DNA of 64,000 nucleotides from Candidatus Fermentibacterota bacterium (GCA_963845085.1 CAWJQI010000004.1:640001-704000); one strand, 5' to 3'. Counted from the stretch's first letter, positions 50,221 through 60,645 are shown. Notes: generated from the sequence alone by a model not told the origin. A program made the numbers and translations.

Positions 50221-51654
50221 TCATGGTTTGGCCCCGCTGGCGACCTCCCTGCAAACCTCCATGACAGCATCGTCCGGAACATCGGCCAGAAGCCCGGCCT
50301 CGAGAAGGGCACGGTGGGAATCCCTCACCGCCGTGATGTCTTTGAGGGCGGAATGGAAAACAGCGTCAGGGTCGACCGGACCGGAGGCGATACCTTCAGC
50401 ATGCGCCCGCGCAGCCACTGCTGAGGCCACGGCAGCGTGAACCGCGGGATCATCAACCCCGGGCATGATCCTCATCGGGTCGAGGCCGTTCCTCCTTCCC
50501 TCCCGGGCGAGTGCATTCGCTGCGGCGATCGCCATCCCATCGCTTATCGCGGATGCCCCGGAAAGCAGAACACCTTTCAGGATGCCCGGAAAACCAAGGC
50601 AGTTGTTGACCTGGTTCGGAAGGTCGCTCCTGCCCGTTGCAACAACTACAGCACCGGCTTCCAGGGCGGCTCGGGGATAAATCTCGGGCACAGGGTTGGC
50701 GCATGCGAAAACTATCGCTCTCCCGGCCATTGAGGCGACGTGTTCTCCGCTGACCAGACCCGGAGCCGAGGCAGCGATCAGAACGTCGGCACCCCTTACC
50801 GCCTCACTGAATCCGCGGAAGCCTTCAGGGTTTGTGCTCGAGCACAATTCCCGATGCCAGGCGAAGCCGTCACCCTCGAAGTCCGTCCGGGTGGGCGAGA
50901 GGCTTCCCTTGTCATCGTGGAGCGAGATCATCGCGGGTTCAACCCCTGCGGCGACAAGCAGCCTTGCCGCCGAGGAACAGGCTGCGCCGGCGCCGAGGAA
51001 AACTATCCTTACGGACTCAAGCTTTTTTCCGGCGCACTCCAGCGCGTTCATCAGGCCGGCCAGGATAACACAGGCCGTCCCCTGGGCGTCATCGTGCCAG
51101 ACCGGGATCCCGCACCGTTTCTTCAGTTCATCCAGAACGATGTAGCAGTTGGGCTGGGAAATGTCCTCCAGGTTCACGGCACCGAACGACGGTGATGCCG
51201 CCATCACAAAATCCACAAGCCTGCGGGGATCGCTGCGGCCGGCTTCGTCACGGGTGTCAACGCAGAGCGGAACGGCGTTCAGCCCCCCGAGCCAGCTCAT
51301 CAGAAGCGCCTTTCCCTCCATCACACCCATCCCCCCCGGGGGGGTGCAGTCTCCGTCTCCCAGCACCCGTGTGGAATCGCTGACCACGGCCACCGTTGCG
51401 CCCCTGGAAGTAAGTGTGCGGCTGGCTCCCGCGTCGGAACGGATGGCCGTGGAAACGGCGGAAACTCCGGGAGTGTACCAGACGCCCAGCCACTCCTGTT
51501 CCATTCGTGCGACCGAGGGAAGCACCATTGTCTTGCCGTGTGTGATGCGATGGGCCCTGAGGGCAAGGGCCTTCAGAAACCTCGTCCTCGCAGCCTCGGG
51601 ATCCGGCAGGTCATCAATGAGGGCAAGGGCTCTAAGCAAAACGGCCTTCTTCAC
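50221..51654 (-). CDS. NAD(P)-dependent malic enzyme
   Basis: YTPGV, VMEGKA, NLEDI, WHDD.QGT, GAGAA, ANPVPEI, NQVNN.L.FPG. Confidence 0.93.
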   Translation of the reverse strand: MKKAVLLRALALIDDLPDPEAARTRFLKALALRAHRITHGKTMVLPSVARMEQEWLGVWYTPGVSAVSTAIRSDAGASRTLTSRGATVAVVSDSTRVLGDGDCTPPGGMGVMEGKALLMSWLGGLNAVPLCVDTRDEAGRSDPRRLVDFVMAASPSFGAVNLEDISQPNCYIVLDELKKRCGIPVWHDDAQGTACVILAGLMNALECAGKKLESVRIVFLGAGAACSSAARLLVAAGVEPAMISLHDDKGSLSPTRTDFEGDGFAWHRELCSSTNPEGFRGFSEAVRGADVLIAASAPGLVSGEHVASMAGRAIVFACANPVPEIYPRAALEAGAVVVATGRSDLPNQVNNCLGFPGILKGVLLSGASAISDGMAIAAANALAREGRRNGLDPMRIMPGVDDPAVHAAVASAVAARAHAEGIASGPVDPDAVFHSALKDITAVRDSHRALLEAGLLADVPDDAVMEVCREVASGAKP

Positions 51655-52187
51655 GACGAACCTGCCATTTTGAAGAGGTTTGCTCCCAAAGTGTCCAGCG
51701 CCACGAAAACCGGGTAGTCGCGAAGGATCATTTCATAGAGTGCTTCGGTGCCGAGATCGCTCCAGTCGAGAATCCTGCATGAAACAACGCATGCTCCGCC
51801 CAAGGCGGCGGTCCCCCCCGCCGCAGCCAGGTATACGGCGCCCGCTTCCACCATGGCCTTCCCAATTTCGGGGCTTCTCGGCCCTTTGCCTATGAACAGC
51901 CTCGCCCCGGCATGCAAAAGCGGAAGGGTGAACGGATCCATCCGAAGGGAAGTGGTCGGTCCGACCGAGCCGCAAACCATGCCGGGGGGGGCGGGTGTTG
52001 GAGCCGCATAGAACAGTGCCGTGGCAGAAGGTTCAAAGGGAAGAGGCATGCCGCCTGCAATCATCTCAGCGATCCTTCTGTGCGCCCTGTCCCTGCAGGC
52101 GATGACAGGGCCGGAAAGAAGAATCGACTCGCCGGCTCTCAGCGACTCAAGTTCTCCCGGGGCGAATTTCGTTTGAAGGCGTTTCAA
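51651..52187 (-). CDS. Fe-S fumarate/tartrate hydro-lyase beta subunit
   Basis: RD.AH.R, GPTTS.RMD, IGKG, DLG.EA. Confidence 0.92.
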   Translation of the reverse strand: MKRLQTKFAPGELESLRAGESILLSGPVIACRDRAHRRIAEMIAGGMPLPFEPSATALFYAAPTPAPPGMVCGSVGPTTSLRMDPFTLPLLHAGARLFIGKGPRSPEIGKAMVEAGAVYLAAAGGTAALGGACVVSCRILDWSDLGTEALYEMILRDYPVFVALDTLGANLFKMAGSS

Positions 52188-53044
52188 AGCGTTCTCTCGG
52201 CAGTACGGTGGACATGACACTCGATGCTCAACGCCACTGGAAGCGACGCCATGTGACAGGGACGGGATTCCACCCTTGCCTCCAGGGCGGTCACAGGCCC
52301 TCCGAACCCCTGGGGACCGATGCCCGTCGAGTTCACGGCGGCAAGGATGCGTTCCTCGAGCTGTCTGATGCGGACCGTTCTGCCCGGTGTGCCGAAAGGG
52401 CGGAGAAGAGCCTTCTTGGACAGAATGCCGCACACCTCGAGGTCACCGCCGAGGCCTATCCCCAGGAACAGGGGAGGACACGCCCCCGCAGCCCTCTTCG
52501 TGACGGTTTCAAGAACGAAGCTCACTATCCCGTCCTCCCCGGCCAGTGGTGGCAGCATCGCTACGGCGGACACGTTCTCGGACCCCGCTCCCTTGACAAG
52601 GAGCCTGAGCTTCAGGGTATGCCCCTCCACCTCTTCGATGTGCAGCACGGCCGGGGAGTTGGACCTGAGCGGTCTTCTCTCCATCGGGTCGGCCACAAGC
52701 GAGTTTCGAAGAAGCCCCTCGCGATACCCCCTTTCCACGCCACGGTCGACCGCTCTTCCGAGGGAGCTTCCCTCGATCACCAGACGGTTCCCCTTTTCCG
52801 CGAAAACAACCGCTATTCCGGTGTCCTGGCATATGGGAAGACCCGAAACGTCTGCGGCATCGATGTTCCGGATGCACAGGTCCAGCGCGGTTCCGCCTGG
52901 TCCGTCCGGGGAAAGGTTCCGGGCTGCCACGAGAAGTTCCCGGAGACATGGCGACGGCCTGGTGCAGGCCTCGATACACATGGCGGCAACAGCGTCCTCA
53001 ACCTCGGCGGCGCAAAGAAACCTTGCCTTAGACACCCGTTTCAC
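52184..53044 (-). CDS. Fe-S fumarate/tartrate hydro-lyase alpha subunit
   Basis: PICQDTG, KGAGSEN, ACPP, GIGPQG.GG, CH.ASLPVA...CH. Confidence 0.94.
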   Translation of the reverse strand: MKRVSKARFLCAAEVEDAVAAMCIEACTRPSPCLRELLVAARNLSPDGPGGTALDLCIRNIDAADVSGLPICQDTGIAVVFAEKGNRLVIEGSSLGRAVDRGVERGYREGLLRNSLVADPMERRPLRSNSPAVLHIEEVEGHTLKLRLLVKGAGSENVSAVAMLPPLAGEDGIVSFVLETVTKRAAGACPPLFLGIGLGGDLEVCGILSKKALLRPFGTPGRTVRIRQLEERILAAVNSTGIGPQGFGGPVTALEARVESRPCHMASLPVALSIECHVHRTAERTL

Positions 53045-53351
53045 TGCGCACCCAATCCATGTAATCCGCGGAGCCCCCCGTGATCGGAGTGACTATTATC
53101 TCGGGGTTCTCGTATGTGTGGCTCTTCCTCAGGAACTCAATGAGCTTAGGAGCGGCGGTCGCGGTGGTCTTGAACACCATCACGTACTCCACCTCTCTGT
53201 TCAGGTTGTCCTTCCACCAGTAGGTGCTTGTAACGGGTCCCGAAACACTGCCGCAGGCGGCAAGCCGATCCCTGACAGCCCGCTTCACAAGCAGGGCCGC
53301 GATGTCCTCCCGGTCGACTGTACTGGTCACTTGAACAAGTTCAGTTTCCAA
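53028..53351 (-). CDS. cutA: Divalent-cation tolerance protein CutA
   Basis: RLAAC, S.YWW, E....KT, H.YENPEI. Confidence 0.9.
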   Translation of the reverse strand: METELVQVTSTVDREDIAALLVKRAVRDRLAACGSVSGPVTSTYWWKDNLNREVEYVMVFKTTATAAPKLIEFLRKSHTYENPEIIVTPITGGSADYMDWVRSETGV

Positions 53352-54046
53352 AGGCTCTTCATCCTTCCTGAAAGCCATGCCAGCATTGCAGCCGTAACAA
53401 GCAGCACCACCCCGCCCGCTGCCGGAACCGATGGTGACTCCCATCCCAGGGAAAACACGGATTCAACAAAACCCTTCAACCCCGGGAAAAGCCTGTCCGC
53501 AAAGAGTTTCAACAAAGCCCCCGCGCCGACGAAGAAAACGGCAATGAACGCGGCAAACCATTGCTGCGCCGAGCGGGAGGATCTGGCTCGCAGGGAGACG
53601 TGCATTCCGGCAACGGCACCGAATGCGCTGACAACGACGCAGATGAAAAGCACTGCCATTACGGCTGTGAATGAGGCCATCGCCATTCCCCTCGCTGCCC
53701 TGAATGCCACTGATGCCAGGAGGCTCAGTATAAGAAAGGCCGTGCCCGACGTCGTGCTGAAAAGGAACTTGCCCCAGAGAAGCGGCTTCTTCCCGGCAGG
53801 GGATGCGAGTAGTGTCTCAAGGGTTCCCCTCTCGCGCTCCCCGGCAATCGAGTCGATTCCCATCAGGCCTGCCATGTAGAGGGGAAGGAATGCAAAGGGC
53901 AGGAGTGCGAGGTTCGGGCTTTCGATCGACGACGGCAGGTAAAGCCCGAAGATGCCGACGTAGATCACCATGAGCCGGATAAAGCCGCCGCGGCCCATTG
54001 CGCCGATGAATGCAAGCAGTTCCCTGCGGAAGATGGAACCGGTCAT
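53327..54046 (-). CDS. ABC-2 type permease
   Basis: SIAGERERGTLETLLASP motif. Confidence 0.88.
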   Translation of the reverse strand: MTGSIFRRELLAFIGAMGRGGFIRLMVIYVGIFGLYLPSSIESPNLALLPFAFLPLYMAGLMGIDSIAGERERGTLETLLASPAGKKPLLWGKFLFSTTSGTAFLILSLLASVAFRAARGMAMASFTAVMAVLFICVVVSAFGAVAGMHVSLRARSSRSAQQWFAAFIAVFFVGAGALLKLFADRLFPGLKGFVESVFSLGWESPSVPAAGGVVLLVTAAMLAWLSGRMKSLWKLNLFK

Positions 54047-54927
54047 TCCGCCCCCTCCCCGGCCAGGCTCATGAATATCCCCTCGAGATCCCTTCCGGCG
54101 GGACGGAACTCGGCCACCCTGTTGCCCGCCATGATGAGGTCATTGAGCAGCTGCGCCGGTGGAAGACAGCTTTCAACAAGTACATAGCCGTCGGACCCGG
54201 GGGTGTGGCTTACCCCTCCGTGAATCACGGTCCCGCCTTCGGTTCTTACAAGAAAGCCGGATGAGCGCATCAGTACCGGGAGCTCACCGGAGAGAACCGC
54301 TCTCCCCCTGTGAACGATCGTGACCGAGTCGCAGACTGACTGGGCCTCGGAGAGGTTGTGGGTTGACAGCAGCACAGGCCTTTTGCCTGCGGCGGCCTCG
54401 ATCATGCCCCTTACATCCAGTGCCCTGACCGGGTCCAGTGATGCCGTGGGCTCATCAAGAACCACCAGTTCGGAGGGAACCGCAAATACCCTTGCCATGG
54501 CCACGGCCCTGCGGTTCCCGGTGGAAAGCTCCTTTACGCGCTTTCCCATGCAGTCGGACATGCCGAAGGCTTCGAGCGACCTCCTGGCAAGAGTGTTGGA
54601 ATCGTTTCGGGAGCACCCGTACAGCCCGCACCAGATCGACAGGTTTTCCAGCACCGTGAGGGAGGGAAGCAGGCCGTCCTCGCTGAACAGCACCGAGAGC
54701 CTTCGCCTCGTACCGGGGCCAACGCAAGGGTCGTCACCCAAAACCCTGACCGAGCCGCCTCCCAGTTGAAGAAGGCCGACCATGGCCCTTATCGCGGTGG
54801 TCTTGCCAGCGCCATTTCTGCCGAGAAGGCCGTGCACACCTTTTGAAGGAACTTCCATGCTGAAGCCATCGAGTGCTTTGACCGGTCCGTAGCTGACAGT
54901 CACGGTTTCAAGGGAGGCGGCAGTCAT
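54043..54927 (-). CDS. ABC transporter ATP-binding protein
   Basis: GRNGAGKT, LSTG, LDEPT, STH. Confidence 0.93.
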   Translation of the reverse strand: MTAASLETVTVSYGPVKALDGFSMEVPSKGVHGLLGRNGAGKTTAIRAMVGLLQLGGGSVRVLGDDPCVGPGTRRRLSVLFSEDGLLPSLTVLENLSIWCGLYGCSRNDSNTLARRSLEAFGMSDCMGKRVKELSTGNRRAVAMARVFAVPSELVVLDEPTASLDPVRALDVRGMIEAAAGKRPVLLSTHNLSEAQSVCDSVTIVHRGRAVLSGELPVLMRSSGFLVRTEGGTVIHGGVSHTPGSDGYVLVESCLPPAQLLNDLIMAGNRVAEFRPAGRDLEGIFMSLAGEGAE

Positions 54928-55619
54928 CAGGGGCTGCCGATCATCGAGCAGAGCGCCTGCACGAGATGCGCGTAAAGCAGGGCGCCTTTCTCCACGGAAA
55001 CCAGTGACATGTCGCCGCCGACCCCGCCGTCGGGGTATGCGCGCCTGAATTCCACCGGATCGCCAAAGACATCAAGCCAGGGAGGATAGATCCCCTTGAA
55101 GACACCCGGGGGCTCCTTCCCCAGAAGGAACCAGACCATCGAAACCTCGGCAGCGGTTACATGATGCCCGCTTTTCGGAAACAGCTTCCTCTCCAGGTCA
55201 TCGGCTCCCGGCAACTGCCACCATCCGAGATACAGGGCCTCGGGCAGGCCGTGCGCGCCCTTGCACGCATTCTCGGCTGCGCTTCTGTTGCCGCCGTGAC
55301 CGCTTATAATCAGGCAGCGACGGAACCCGTTGACAGCGGCCGACCGGAGGATGTCGGAATAGAGCGCGGCAAGCGTTGAGGGAGAGAGCGAAAAAGTTCC
55401 GGGAAAGCCTTCGTGCGAGCGGGAATCGCCGTAGGGCAGGCAGGGCAGAACGGGAGTTCCGGTTTTTTCCCCTGCATCCCGGCACACGCAGCGGGCAATG
55501 ATGGCATCGCAACCAAGAGGGGCTTCGGTTCCGTGTTGCTCAAGGCTGCCGGAGGGCAGAAGCACAGTGCCCGTTTTGATGCCGTCAGCCTGTGAAGAGA
55601 GCAGAAGTTCGTATTCCAT
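54927..55619 (-). CDS. Creatininase-family amidohydrolase
   Basis: GSLEQHG...D, H..FPGT, GHGGN, H....E.S. Confidence 0.9.
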   Translation of the reverse strand: MEYELLLSSQADGIKTGTVLLPSGSLEQHGTEAPLGCDAIIARCVCRDAGEKTGTPVLPCLPYGDSRSHEGFPGTFSLSPSTLAALYSDILRSAAVNGFRRCLIISGHGGNRSAAENACKGAHGLPEALYLGWWQLPGADDLERKLFPKSGHHVTAAEVSMVWFLLGKEPPGVFKGIYPPWLDVFGDPVEFRRAYPDGGVGGDMSLVSVEKGALLYAHLVQALCSMIGSP

Positions 55620-55631
55620 GGGGGTGAATAT

Positions 55632-56321
55632 ATGCAAACAGGGATCAACGCCGGGGGAAAATTGTGGATGAGGATCCCCGTCAGGACGAAGCTCATCCTC
55701 CGGGGCGACAGCCTTGAAGAAGCCATTTCAGAGGGTCTTGAGCTTGCGGGAGTGACACCGGGCAAAAGCGATATCCTGTTCGTGAGCGAGAAGGCCGTCG
55801 GTGCAAGCCAGGGGAGGTACTATCTTCTCGACGAGGGAGAGGTGAGACCCGGCAGGCTGGCCGTATTCCTCTCAAGGCACGTCACCAAAACCCCTGCAGG
55901 CATCGGTTTGGGCATGCCCGAAACAATGCAGTGCGCCATCGATGAATGCGGCTCGATGCGGATACTTTTCGCAGCGCTGGTCGGTGCGGCAGGAAAGCTG
56001 CTGGGGCGGAGGGGAGATTTCTACAGGGTTGCGGGAGCGAGGGCCCGGTCAATCGACGGCCCGACGCCGGGAACCATCCCTCCCTTCAACCGGGCGGTCA
56101 GCCTGGCTCCGAAGGATCCTGTGGGGGTGGCCCGTGCGCTGTCCGCGAGGTTCGGCTGCGGCGCCGCTGTTGTGGATATCAACGATCTCGGAGGGAACAT
56201 CCTGGGGGCCTGGCCGAAGGATACGGACAAAAAGCTTCTTGTCGAAGTTCTCTCCGACAACCCTCTCGGGCAGGGAACCGAGCAGACCCCCGCAGGCATC
56301 CTGCGACCTACCCCCGCCTGA
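55632..56321 (+). CDS. CofE-like (F420-0:gamma-glutamyl ligase family) protein
   Basis: DIL.VSEK...SQG, IDG, DINDLG, DNPLGQG.EQTP; start may be 55668. Confidence 0.85.
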   Translation: MQTGINAGGKLWMRIPVRTKLILRGDSLEEAISEGLELAGVTPGKSDILFVSEKAVGASQGRYYLLDEGEVRPGRLAVFLSRHVTKTPAGIGLGMPETMQCAIDECGSMRILFAALVGAAGKLLGRRGDFYRVAGARARSIDGPTPGTIPPFNRAVSLAPKDPVGVARALSARFGCGAAVVDINDLGGNILGAWPKDTDKKLLVEVLSDNPLGQGTEQTPAGILRPTPA

Positions 56322-56685
56322 TCCCGAACATCCTCTCGAGTGCCCCGTTGAGAACCGCGACGATCACGGCTGCCAGCACCGCCCACCAGAAGTTCGCAAG
56401 GTGAAAACCGGGCATCCACCACGAAGCCATCATGAGGATCAGGCCGCTCACGAGGAAACGCGCCAGGCCAAGCGTGAGGATAATCAGCGGGCACGTCACC
56501 AGGGTGAGCAGGGGACCAAGGATGAAGTTCAGCAGCCCGACCGCCAATGCTGTCAGGGCAATGCTCCAGAAACCGTCGAAATTCATTTCTGAACCGAGGA
56601 TCAGGCTGGTCAGATAGAGGCTCAATCCGGAAACTGCCCAGGCAAGTATCAGACCGCCGCTTCTCTCACCCCTCTGTGCTGTCAC
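56308..56685 (-). CDS. YvlD/phage-holin-family (4-TM) membrane protein
   Basis: GLLN..L.P.L...T.P..ILTLGL; PGF....FWWA. Confidence 0.85.
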   Translation of the reverse strand: MTAQRGERSGGLILAWAVSGLSLYLTSLILGSEMNFDGFWSIALTALAVGLLNFILGPLLTLVTCPLIILTLGLARFLVSGLILMMASWWMPGFHLANFWWAVLAAVIVAVLNGALERMFGIRRG

Positions 56686-56707
56686 TCGCCCCCCTTCCTT
56701 TGCATGC

Positions 56708-56736
56708 TTGACAGGAATATACCGCTTGACGATAAT
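56708..56736 (+). promoter_or_regulatory. Sigma70 promoter for tRNA-Gln
   Basis: TTGACA-17 nt-GATAAT. Confidence 0.75.
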
Positions 56737-56747
56737 CCCGACTCCAT

Positions 56748-56821
56748 TGGCGGGTCGTCCAATGGTAGGACTGCGGACTCTGGATCCGCCTATCGGGGTT
56801 CGAATCCCTGCCCGCCAGCCA
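56748..56821 (+). tRNA. tRNA-Gln (anticodon CTG)
   Basis: TGGCGGG...CCCGCCA G CCA; anticodon arm GCGGA-CTCTGGA-TCCGC. Confidence 0.96.
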
Positions 56822-56974
56822 TCTTTTCTTACAATCCCGGGGCATTGCCTTTCTGTGTGATGCCCCGGGAATTTCTTTGCCGCAGCAGCCACCCCCGGCC
56901 GTCGCCGCTCCGCCATGACCCGCGCGGCTCGGGGGGCTTTCATGAAGGCCTGCGGGTTGTATCTTCAATGCCAA

Positions 56975-58726
56975 ATGAGAACGATCCAACTGCCCCTTCT
57001 GTTTGTGAAGCCCTACTGGAGGCGCTCGATCGCGGCGCTTCTGCTCCTCGCAGCCCTTGTTGCAATGGACCTTGCCATTCCAAGGCTGATCCAGCGGCTC
57101 ATCGACCTTGGAATAGCGCGGGGCGACCAGGGGGAGGTGGTGCGCACCGGGCTTCTGATGCTTTCGCTTTCAATAACAGGAACCATCTTCGCTGTTGGCA
57201 ACAACATACTTTCAGTGCGGGTGGGCGAGAGCGTGGCACGGGACCTGCGCCGGGCGCTGTTCCGCAAAATCCAAACCTTTTCCTTCGGAGAGCTTGACCG
57301 TACGGGAACGGGCCAGCTGATGGTGCGCCTGACGAGCGATACTGCCGCCCTTCAAAGGCTGACCCAGATCTCTCTCAGAATAGGCACGCGCGCGCCACTG
57401 ATGATGATCGGCAGCCTTTTCCTGATGATAAGGACGAATTCCGGCCTTGCGCTTTCAATGCTTCCCCTTCTGATAGTCACCTCCGCAATAATCCTTTACT
57501 TCGTCCCGAGAATGGAGCCGTTGTTCCGGACGGTGCAGGCCAGGCTCGACAGACTCAACACCGTGCTTCACGAAAACATCGCGGGCGTGCGGCTGGTCCG
57601 TGCATTCGTGAGGAACGAACTCGAGGACGGACGATTCGACACCGCCAACAGGGCCTTCACGGATGGCTCCGCGAATGTCATGAAATTCATGGCGGTCATG
57701 TCGCCAATGCTCACCATGTGTGTCAACATCGGCGTCGTGGTCGTGATCTGGGCGGGAGGGCTTGATGCTGTTCGGGGGGGAATGTCCGCCGGGCAGCTCG
57801 TGGCCTTCGGCAACTACCTTCTGAGCACGATGACTCCGCTGATCATGATGACCAACCTGTCCAACGTCTGGGCAGGCGGGCTTGCTTCAAGCCGGCGAAT
57901 ACTCGATGTGCTCGATTCGCGTCCGACCATGATGGAGAAGGCAGGGGCGGTTCCGGTGCCTTCCGTTTCTCAGGGTGGTGTTGTTTTCGAGGGCGTCTCC
58001 TTCAGGTACGAAGGAAGTGATTCAAACGTCCTCGAAGGAATAGATCTGGAGATCGAAGCCGGCCGGGTGACCGCCTTCCTCGGCGCGACAGGGGCCGGAA
58101 AAACCTCACTCATCAATCTGGTGCCACGCTTCTACGACCCTTCCCGGGGGAGGGTTCTGCTTGACGGAACCGATCTCAGGGAAATAAGCCTTCAATCCCT
58201 CCGCAGATTCGTAGGGGTGGTTCCGCAGGAGTCGGTGCTGTTCTCGGGCACTGTGCGGGAAAACGTCGTCTACGGCAGGCCCGGAGCCACCAATGCCGAA
58301 GCCGAGGAGGCGGCTCAGGTCGCGGATGCCCTCGGCTTCATCCTGAAGCTGCCCAACGGGTGGGATACACGGATCGAGGAGAGGGGCGTGAACCTCTCCG
58401 GAGGCCAGAAGCAGAGGATTGCGATAGCCCGGGCAGTCCTTGCACGTCCGGGGATTCTCATTCTCGACGACAGCACAAGCTCGGTAGACGTTGAAACAGA
58501 GACCAGGATCCACGGCGCCCTTTCATCGACTCTGCGGGGCTGCACTCTCATCCTGGTTGCACAGAGGGTCAGCACGGTTCTTTCCGCTGACAGGATCGTC
58601 GTGCTTGAAGAGGGGCGCATAGCAGCGTCAGGAAGCCATTCGGCTCTTCTGAAGGGAAGCCCTGTCTACAGAGAGATCTTCGACTCCCAGCTGGGGGATC
58701 CGGGGTTATCGGGAGAAGGGCCATGA
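56975..58726 (+). CDS. Heterodimeric ABC exporter subunit 1 (degenerate nucleotide-binding site)
   Basis: TM domain plus GATGAGKT, LSGGQ, ILDDST, AQR. Confidence 0.94.
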   Translation: MRTIQLPLLFVKPYWRRSIAALLLLAALVAMDLAIPRLIQRLIDLGIARGDQGEVVRTGLLMLSLSITGTIFAVGNNILSVRVGESVARDLRRALFRKIQTFSFGELDRTGTGQLMVRLTSDTAALQRLTQISLRIGTRAPLMMIGSLFLMIRTNSGLALSMLPLLIVTSAIILYFVPRMEPLFRTVQARLDRLNTVLHENIAGVRLVRAFVRNELEDGRFDTANRAFTDGSANVMKFMAVMSPMLTMCVNIGVVVVIWAGGLDAVRGGMSAGQLVAFGNYLLSTMTPLIMMTNLSNVWAGGLASSRRILDVLDSRPTMMEKAGAVPVPSVSQGGVVFEGVSFRYEGSDSNVLEGIDLEIEAGRVTAFLGATGAGKTSLINLVPRFYDPSRGRVLLDGTDLREISLQSLRRFVGVVPQESVLFSGTVRENVVYGRPGATNAEAEEAAQVADALGFILKLPNGWDTRIEERGVNLSGGQKQRIAIARAVLARPGILILDDSTSSVDVETETRIHGALSSTLRGCTLILVAQRVSTVLSADRIVVLEEGRIAASGSHSALLKGSPVYREIFDSQLGDPGLSGEGP

Positions 58727-60564
58727 GCGGCGGCACAAGAAATTACGGGTCGAGTTTCGGGGCACCCGACGCCGGGACCATGATGAAACCCCGCCGTCCG
58801 GCAGCCATTGGGAGGGTGGAGGAAGCGCGGGATGCCAGGAACGCACTGCGCAGGCTTGCGGGGTATCTTTTACCGTTCAGGGGCGGTCTTCTGGTTGTTC
58901 TTTCCCTGGTCATCGGGTATACGGTGCTCGGTCTCGCAGGCCCGTGGCTCATGGGTGTCGCCATCGACAGGCATGTGATGCCCCGCCATCCGGAGGGCTT
59001 GCCGCTTCTCGCCATGCTCATGCTGGCCTCGTTTCTGTTTTCAAACCTGCTTCACGCGGTTGCCGGACGCAAGATGGCGTCGATTTCCCAGAATGCCCTC
59101 ATGCTTCTCAGGAGGGACCTGTTCAGAAAGCTGCAGAGCCTTCCGATAGGCTTTTTCGACAGCACTCCCGCCGGTGATCTCATGAGCAGGCTAACAAACG
59201 ACATCGACGCGATCAACCAGGCCGTCTCACAAAACGTGACTGCTCTCTTCGCAAGCGTCCTCTCACTCGCCGGGATACTCACAGCCATGCTGATCCTGGA
59301 CGTACCGCTGACACTTGCAGCAATGGCCGTTATCCCTTTCATGCTCTTCTTCACCGGATTCGTCGCCAGGTACACAAGGCGGGGGTTCAGGGACCTTCAG
59401 AAACAGCTCGGCGGGATGAACGGCTTGATGGAGGAAGCGATCGGCGGACAGAAGGTGATCACCGCCTTCGGACGGAACAGCGACGTGCAGGAGGAATTCG
59501 ATGTCAGGAACGACAGCGTATTCCGCTCCGGAGTGAAAGCCAACAGCTACGCCCTTCTTCTGATGCCGGTGAGCAATGCACTGGGCAACGTGTTCATAGT
59601 CGTGATGGCCGCCTTCGGAAGCTGGCTGGCCCTGAGGGACCTTGTGACGGTCGGAGTGATAGCCACATTCGTTACATACGGACGCAACTTCGTTCAGCCG
59701 CTGAGGCAGCTCGCCAACATGTACAACTCGATCCAGGCGGCGCTTGCCGGGGCCGAAAGGATTTTCGAAGTGATCGACCGGCCGCCGGAACCAGGCATGA
59801 CCGGCACGGGCTGGAGCGGCAGCGTGGCGGGGGATGTTGATTTCGACGGGGTTGGTTTCTCCTACGTTCCGGGAACCCCTGTGATTTCGGGTGTTTCGTT
59901 CCAGGCGGAACGCGGGCGAACCATAGCGCTCGTCGGCCCCACGGGGGCGGGCAAGACAACCATCATCAACCTTCTGGAACGGTTCTACGAGGCTGACGAA
60001 GGGCGCATATCCCTTGACGGGCATGACATCCAGGAGGTCGACAAGACCTGTTTGAGGAACAGCCTGGGACTTGTCCTCCAGGATACATTCCTCTTCGCCG
60101 ACAGCGTGATGGAGAATATCCGCTTCGGTCGGCTCGACGCGACCGATGAGGAGTGCATCGAGGCGGCAAGGCTCGCCGAGGCCGATCACTTCATCCGTCA
60201 GCTGCCCCAGGGGTATGCGACCGACCTTTCCGAACGCGCCGGCAACCTGAGCCAGGGCCAGAGGCAGCTGCTATCGATCTCAAGGGCGATCCTTGCCGAG
60301 CCTGCCGTACTCATCCTTGACGAGGCGACCAGCAGCGTTGACACGAGAACCGAGATGAGGATACAGAACGCCCTTTCACGGCTGCGGGCCGGCCGTACCA
60401 GCATCGTCATCGCCCACCGTCTCAGCACGATCCGCGATGCCGACCTTGTTCTCGTTCTCGACGGAGGGTGCATTGTCGAAAGGGGCAGCCATCGCGAGCT
60501 TCTGGAGGAAAAGGGTCTCTATTACTCTCTCTACATGTCCCAGTTCAAGGGCATGCAGATCTGA
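58723..60564 (+). CDS. Heterodimeric ABC exporter subunit 2
   Basis: TM domain plus GPTGAGKT, LSQGQ, LDEAT, AHRLST. Confidence 0.94.
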   Translation: MSGGTRNYGSSFGAPDAGTMMKPRRPAAIGRVEEARDARNALRRLAGYLLPFRGGLLVVLSLVIGYTVLGLAGPWLMGVAIDRHVMPRHPEGLPLLAMLMLASFLFSNLLHAVAGRKMASISQNALMLLRRDLFRKLQSLPIGFFDSTPAGDLMSRLTNDIDAINQAVSQNVTALFASVLSLAGILTAMLILDVPLTLAAMAVIPFMLFFTGFVARYTRRGFRDLQKQLGGMNGLMEEAIGGQKVITAFGRNSDVQEEFDVRNDSVFRSGVKANSYALLLMPVSNALGNVFIVVMAAFGSWLALRDLVTVGVIATFVTYGRNFVQPLRQLANMYNSIQAALAGAERIFEVIDRPPEPGMTGTGWSGSVAGDVDFDGVGFSYVPGTPVISGVSFQAERGRTIALVGPTGAGKTTIINLLERFYEADEGRISLDGHDIQEVDKTCLRNSLGLVLQDTFLFADSVMENIRFGRLDATDEECIEAARLAEADHFIRQLPQGYATDLSERAGNLSQGQRQLLSISRAILAEPAVLILDEATSSVDTRTEMRIQNALSRLRAGRTSIVIAHRLSTIRDADLVLVLDGGCIVERGSHRELLEEKGLYYSLYMSQFKGMQI

Positions 60565-60645
60565 CGATCCCCGCACCGCGGAATACTCCGGTCGCTGGTT
60601 TGTAGAACAGCAGTGAGCAAGCAGCCCGTTACGGAAGGAGCAGAG

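Noticed and set aside
52208..53879. Long plus-strand ORFs (291 and 519 aa) and similar antisense ORFs elsewhere (e.g. 5946..6977, 26471..27727, 38853..40052)
   Set aside because: Shadow ORFs opposite well-supported genes, expected in GC-rich DNA, with no recognisable motifs.
56308..56685. Holin-family gene next to tRNA-Gln as a prophage sign
   Set aside because: YvlD-type 4-TM proteins are common chromosomal genes, and no integrase or phage structural genes are nearby.
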